A stretch of DNA of 11,350 nucleotides from Candidatus Eiseniibacteriota bacterium (GTDB lineage Bacteria; Eisenbacteria; RBG-16-71-46): NCBI GenBank assembly GCA_031370785.1, contig JANMQY010000064.1:1-11350 (forward strand), in the 5' to 3' direction. The translations under genes were made by a program, and so were the position numbers. Positions within the stretch are counted from its first letter, which is position 1. Each line of letters starts with the position of its first letter. Under the pieces are notes generated by a model. The model saw only the letters and a program-made list of their open reading frames with translations, did not search any database and had not been told where the DNA came from. Shown one piece after another: positions 7,643-11,350 of this stretch.

Positions 7643-7854
7643 CTCCGCCGGGGCGGCAGAGGAGCGCCCGCAGCGAGCGACTGCGGCGCCGAGCTGCCCT
7701 TCCCAAGCGCACACGGACCACACATCTGAGTCACGCCATCTGCCTATACTCGCGCTGCGGTTTCCTCGGTCTCCCCGGCCTCCGGATCCGCGAAGCAGAT
7801 ACTTGGAGGCCTGGCCACGTTGTGGGCCTCGGCGCGATTCGACCGGAGATGATC

Positions 7855-10014
7855 ATGAGCAAGAAGGGCCACGATTCAGCTGCTCATGACGCCGCCGCCA
7901 AGGCCGAAGCGGTCGAGATCCGGCGCGTCGAGGCGGTGCTCAAAACCGGAGCCTTGCAGAAGGCGATCCTCAACAGCGCCAACTTCTCGAGCATTGCCAC
8001 CGACGAGAAAGGTGTCATCCAGCTGTTCAACGTTGGCGCCGAGCGCATGCTCGGCTACGCGGCCGCCGATGTGATGAACAAGATCACGCCGGCCGACATT
8101 TCCGATCCGCAGGAAGTGATCGCGCGCGCCAAGGCGCTCAGCGTCGAGCTCGGAACCCCGATCACCCCGGGCTTCGAAGCGCTCGTCTTCAAGGCCTCGC
8201 GCGGGATCGAGGATATCTACGAGCTGAGCTACATCCGCAAGGACGGCAGCCGGTTCCCCGCGGTGGTGTCCGTGACCGCGCTGCGCGACGCGCACGACGC
8301 CATCATCGGCTACCTGCTGATCGGCACCGACAACACCGCGCGCAAGCAGGCGGAAGAGGCGCTGCTCAAGGCGGGAGCCCTGCAGAGCGCGATCTTCAAC
8401 AGCGCCAATTTCTCGAGCATCGCCACTGACGCGAAGGGCGTCATTCAGATCTTCAATGTCGGCGCGGAGCGAATGCTCGGCTACGCGGCCGCCGACGTGA
8501 TGAACAAGATCACGCCGGCAGACATTTCCGACCCGCAGGAAGTGATCTCGCGCGCCAAGGCGTTGAGCGCCGAGCTTGGAACCCCTATTACGCCGGGCTT
8601 CGAGGCCCTGGTCTTCAAGGCCTCACGCGGCATCGAGGACATCTACGAGCTGACCTATATCCGAAAGGATGGCAGCCGCTTTCCCGCGGTCGTGTCGGTC
8701 ACGGCCCTGCGCGACGCTCACAACGCAATCATCGGCTACCTGCTGATCGGCACGGACAACACCGCGCGCAAGCAGGTCGAGGAAGCGCAACAACTGCTCG
8801 ATCAGATGCTGCGGGACAAGAACGTGGAGCTGGAGAGCGCCAAGTTCGTGGCGGAAAAAGCCAACCTCGCGAAATCGGATTTCCTTTCCAGCATGAGCCA
8901 TGAGCTGCGTACCCCGCTCAATGCGATCCTCGGCTTCGGGCAGCTGATGGAGTCCGATACCCCGCCGCCATCTCCTTCCCAGCAGGCAAGCATCAACCAG
9001 ATCCTCCAGGCGGGATGGTATCTGCTGGATCTGATCAACGAAATCCTGGATCTCGCGATGATCGAGTCCGGGAAGCTGTCGCTGTCGCTGGAGCCGGTTG
9101 CGCTACGCGAGGTCATGCTCGAGTGCCGGACGATGATGGAGCCGCAGGCGCAGGAGCGGGGCATTCAAATGACCTTCGCCGAGTGTGACAGCCCTTACTT
9201 CGTCGACGCGGACCGCACACGGTTGAAACAGATACTGATCAATATTCTTTCCAATGCGGTCAAGTACAACAAGAGGGGTGGAACCGTCGTCGTAGGTTGC
9301 GGCCCCGCGACGGCTCCGAATCGAATTCGCGTGACCGTCACCGATTCGGGCGCGGGACTGCCTCCGGAAAAACTGGCGCAGTTATTCCAGCCGTTCAATC
9401 GTCTCGGGCAACAGGCCACGACTGAGCAAGGTACCGGCATAGGCCTGGTGGTGACCAAGCGACTCGTGGAATTGATGGGCGGGACGATCGGCGTGGAAAG
9501 CACGGTCGGCACGGGAAGCGTGTTCTGGTTCGAGTTGGGGTCGAGTCCTGCCCCGAAGACGGCCGCTGAAGTGGAAGCGGCAAGACGTGTCCAACCGGTC
9601 CTTTCGAAGGGTACGCTGGTACGAACGCTGCTCTATGTAGAAGACAACCCGGCAAATCTTCAGCTCGTCGAGCAACTCATCGCGCGCCGCACGGACATGC
9701 GGTTTCTCACCGCCGAAGATGGCAATGCCGGCGTCGAGCTTGCGCGTTCTTCGCAGCCGGATGTGATCCTGATGGATATCCATCTGCCCGGCATCAGCGG
9801 TATCGAAGCGCTGACCATCCTGCGCGCCGATCCGACGACCGCACACATCCCCATCATCGCGCTCAGTGCCAATGCCATCCCACGCGACATCGAGAAGGGT
9901 CTGGAGGCCGGTTTCTGCCGATATCTCACGAAACCAATCAAGGTCGATCATTTCATGGACGCGCTCGAGGAGGCGCTGGCCCTGGCAGCCGTGGGGATTC
10001 CTCGCAACAAGTAG
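7855..10014 (+). CDS. Soluble hybrid sensor histidine kinase PAS-PAS-HisKA-HATPase_c-REC (about 719 aa)
   Basis: GGAG 6 nt before ATG 7855. Two PAS/PAC units (FNVGAERMLGY...RKDGSRFP...GTDNTARK), H-box FLSSMSHELRTPLNAILGF, N-box QILINILSNAVKY, DSGAG, FQPF, GTGIGL, C-terminal REC (YVEDN, LMDIHLP, LSAN, LTKP). No TM segment. Confidence 0.95.
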   Translation: MSKKGHDSAAHDAAAKAEAVEIRRVEAVLKTGALQKAILNSANFSSIATDEKGVIQLFNVGAERMLGYAAADVMNKITPADISDPQEVIARAKALSVELGTPITPGFEALVFKASRGIEDIYELSYIRKDGSRFPAVVSVTALRDAHDAIIGYLLIGTDNTARKQAEEALLKAGALQSAIFNSANFSSIATDAKGVIQIFNVGAERMLGYAAADVMNKITPADISDPQEVISRAKALSAELGTPITPGFEALVFKASRGIEDIYELTYIRKDGSRFPAVVSVTALRDAHNAIIGYLLIGTDNTARKQVEEAQQLLDQMLRDKNVELESAKFVAEKANLAKSDFLSSMSHELRTPLNAILGFGQLMESDTPPPSPSQQASINQILQAGWYLLDLINEILDLAMIESGKLSLSLEPVALREVMLECRTMMEPQAQERGIQMTFAECDSPYFVDADRTRLKQILINILSNAVKYNKRGGTVVVGCGPATAPNRIRVTVTDSGAGLPPEKLAQLFQPFNRLGQQATTEQGTGIGLVVTKRLVELMGGTIGVESTVGTGSVFWFELGSSPAPKTAAEVEAARRVQPVLSKGTLVRTLLYVEDNPANLQLVEQLIARRTDMRFLTAEDGNAGVELARSSQPDVILMDIHLPGISGIEALTILRADPTTAHIPIIALSANAIPRDIEKGLEAGFCRYLTKPIKVDHFMDALEEALALAAVGIPRNK
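7936..8787 (+). repeat. Intragenic tandem duplication of a 426-bp (142-codon) PAS/PAC unit
   Basis: Unit 1 is 7936-8361 and unit 2 is 8362-8787. Gap-free manual alignment gives 11 amino-acid differences in 142. Confidence 0.97.
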
Positions 10015-10026
10015 TTTGCTTCCTGT

Positions 10027-10049
10027 TGGCGTCGCCAAGGGGATTCGAA
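10027..10049 (-). mobile_element. tRNA 3'-end fragment (tRNA-Glu-like), probable att junction of an integrated element
   Basis: Minus strand TTCGAAT-CCCCT-TGGCGAC-G-CCA = T-loop, 3' T-stem strand, 3' acceptor strand, discriminator, CCA. The 5' part of the tRNA is absent from the adjacent sequence. Confidence 0.75.
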
Positions 10050-10296
10050 GGGGAGAAGCCGGACGAAGCAGCGTCGGAATCAGTCGACCAACGCACAATT
10101 CCAACAACATGCCCGAACCCTGGGGCAACGATGGTGGACGATAGTGCCTTGTGCCTGTCAAAACGGTGTCGAACCGGACTCGGAGCCGTCCTCTGGTGCC
10201 ACTGAAAGCCTTGAATGATCAAGTCAGACGCAGGAGGATGAACGCACGTCGCTCCCCTGGTCTTGGCGGGTCACGCCTGCTTGGAGGATCTCGAGT

Positions 10297-10971
10297 ATGA
10301 AACATCCATTCGGACTCCCGATGTCCGCCGCAGTTCTGGCCATAGCGCTGGCAGTCTCGCTGCCATCCGCGGCCGGTGCAAAATCCGAGGGACACGGCAG
10401 GGAAGGCCGTGGCCATTCGTCCGAAGCCCGCGGTGGTCACACTGGCAAGCGCGAGGTCTCTCGCGGGGGAGGAGGTCACTCGTCCGGCGAACGCGGCTAC
10501 GCCCAGCGGGTGGGCGATCGCCAGCGTGCAGACTGGCGTGGGTCAGGCTCGCGTAGCGAAGTGCGCTACCGCGATCCTGGTTCGGAGCAACGGGCCGACG
10601 TGCGCTGGCGCGACTCGGGCAGTCGTCGCCGCGCGCCCTCATATCACTCGCCGACCCAATACCGGAACAACGGTCCGAGCCATTCCTCCTATCGTCCGTG
10701 GTCTTACTATGGCGGGTCGTTCCATCGTCCCCACTACGGCTACCGGAGCGGATTCTCACTCGGGGTGGTGATCGGCTCAAGGCCGTCGTACGGATACCGC
10801 TACTTCGATCCCTACTGCGACATGGGATTCCGCAACCTCGGCGTCTACTACGACCACTGCGACGCCTACGGGCACCCTGACGTGATCCTGGTCTTGGACA
10901 TTCGATCCGGCTATCCGATCGCATCCTGCGCATACCGCGGCGGGGACTGGGTGGTCGACGACTGCTACTGA
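10297..10971 (+). CDS. Secreted hypothetical protein: signal peptide, Gly/Arg/Ser/His-rich disordered region, Tyr-rich segment, small Cys/His C-terminal domain
   Basis: GGAGG at 10283-10287. Signal peptide AAVLAIALAVSLPSAAGA|K, imperfect repeats (GHSSxxRG; QRADxxxRxSGSR), C-terminal YFDPYC...H...HPDVILVLD...DDCY. Confidence 0.8.
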   Translation: MKHPFGLPMSAAVLAIALAVSLPSAAGAKSEGHGREGRGHSSEARGGHTGKREVSRGGGGHSSGERGYAQRVGDRQRADWRGSGSRSEVRYRDPGSEQRADVRWRDSGSRRRAPSYHSPTQYRNNGPSHSSYRPWSYYGGSFHRPHYGYRSGFSLGVVIGSRPSYGYRYFDPYCDMGFRNLGVYYDHCDAYGHPDVILVLDIRSGYPIASCAYRGGDWVVDDCY

Positions 10972-11149
10972 AGAGCAGCCCAACGTCGGCATGCCCGCCC
11001 TCGGCGTAGCTGGCGAGTGCCATGTTCCGGGCAGCGCCTGCCTATGGGCCTGGGTCTCAGCCTCTCCGTTGTCGCTTGTCCTGGTAGGTCAGCAGTCGCA
11101 GCGCGCTCACCGAAGCGGAAACCCCGAGCGAACCATCGTCGCAATCCGG

Positions 11150-11350
11150 CTAGGCGGACTTGTGCCCGCGCAGAATGGCCACCGTACCGCATATCGTCGA
11201 CACTCTCGTCACCTCGAGTGGATCGAGGAGCCCTGCGGCCACAATAAGTCCCGGCAGCGCTCCTTCGATGTTGTCCTCGAGCCAGCTCTCGCGGTGCGTG
11301 GCGCGAATCAGAAGAAATGCCGCACGCATGCGCCAACCCTCCGGAGCCAC
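11150..11350 (-). CDS. 3' end of a probable class I SAM-dependent methyltransferase (5' part outside the window)
   Basis: The frame is open at the window edge. PEGWRMRAAFLL...DNIEGALPGLIVAAGL...STICGTVAILRGHK* resembles, from memory, the C-terminus of UbiE-like methyltransferases (helix-AGF-strand-G-terminal strand ending in K). The SAM-binding motif I is not visible. Confidence 0.5.
   Translation of the reverse strand: MAPEGWRMRAAFLLIRATHRESWLEDNIEGALPGLIVAAGLLDPLEVTRVSTICGTVAILRGHKSA

Noticed and set aside
7664..7830. Short hairpins between the two kinase genes (CCGCAG/CTGCGG; GGCCTCC/GGAGGCC)
   Set aside because: Stems of 6-7 bp with no U-tract or known RNA motif are expected by chance at this GC content.
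7483..7854. N-terminal extension of the 843-aa ORF
   Set aside because: It overlaps the kinase 3' end and reads as Arg/Ala-rich non-coding translation. The SD supports ATG 7855.
7936..8787. PAS repeat as a LOV photoreceptor or an assembly artefact
   Set aside because: There is no GRNCRFLQ motif or Cys, and the dozens of synonymous differences between units exclude a mis-assembly duplicate.
10027..10105. A complete tRNA gene
   Set aside because: Only the last 23 nt match. No 5' acceptor strand, D-arm, anticodon arm or 5' T-stem strand is present.
10231..10300. 20-codon uORF (ATG 10238 to TGA 10300) overlapping the next start as ATGA
   Set aside because: AGGAGG abuts the ATG with zero spacing, the peptide is uninformative, and the downstream gene has its own SD.
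1..11350. CRISPR array, IS/transposase, integrase or rRNA
   Set aside because: No regularly spaced repeats, recombinase motifs or rRNA-like sequence were seen in the window.

Overview
High-GC bacterial window; the taxon cannot be determined from the sequence. Left to right: (1) the 5'-truncated end of a HAMP-HisKA-HATPase sensor kinase; (2) a MacAB-like operon (periplasmic adaptor plus two permeases, no ATPase or TolC gene) behind an ECF-sigma-like promoter and ended by a perfect cUCCGg hairpin; (3) on the minus strand, a secreted single-domain lysyl oxidase (LOX) homologue with intact Cu ligands, LTQ Lys/Tyr and Ca-site residues; (4) divergently, a receiver domain fused to a Hanks-type Ser/Thr kinase, followed by a soluble PAS-PAS-HisKA-HATPase-REC hybrid kinase whose two PAS units are a 426-bp tandem duplication; (5) a 23-bp tRNA-Glu-like 3' fragment starting exactly at the T-loop, read as the att junction of an island extending rightward; (6) inside that putative island, a secreted Gly/Arg/Ser-rich protein with C2H2-zinc-finger-like spacing (D-C-H-H) and the 3' end of a probable SAM methyltransferase. 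All family assignments are from motif recognition and recalled reference sequences, with no database searches.
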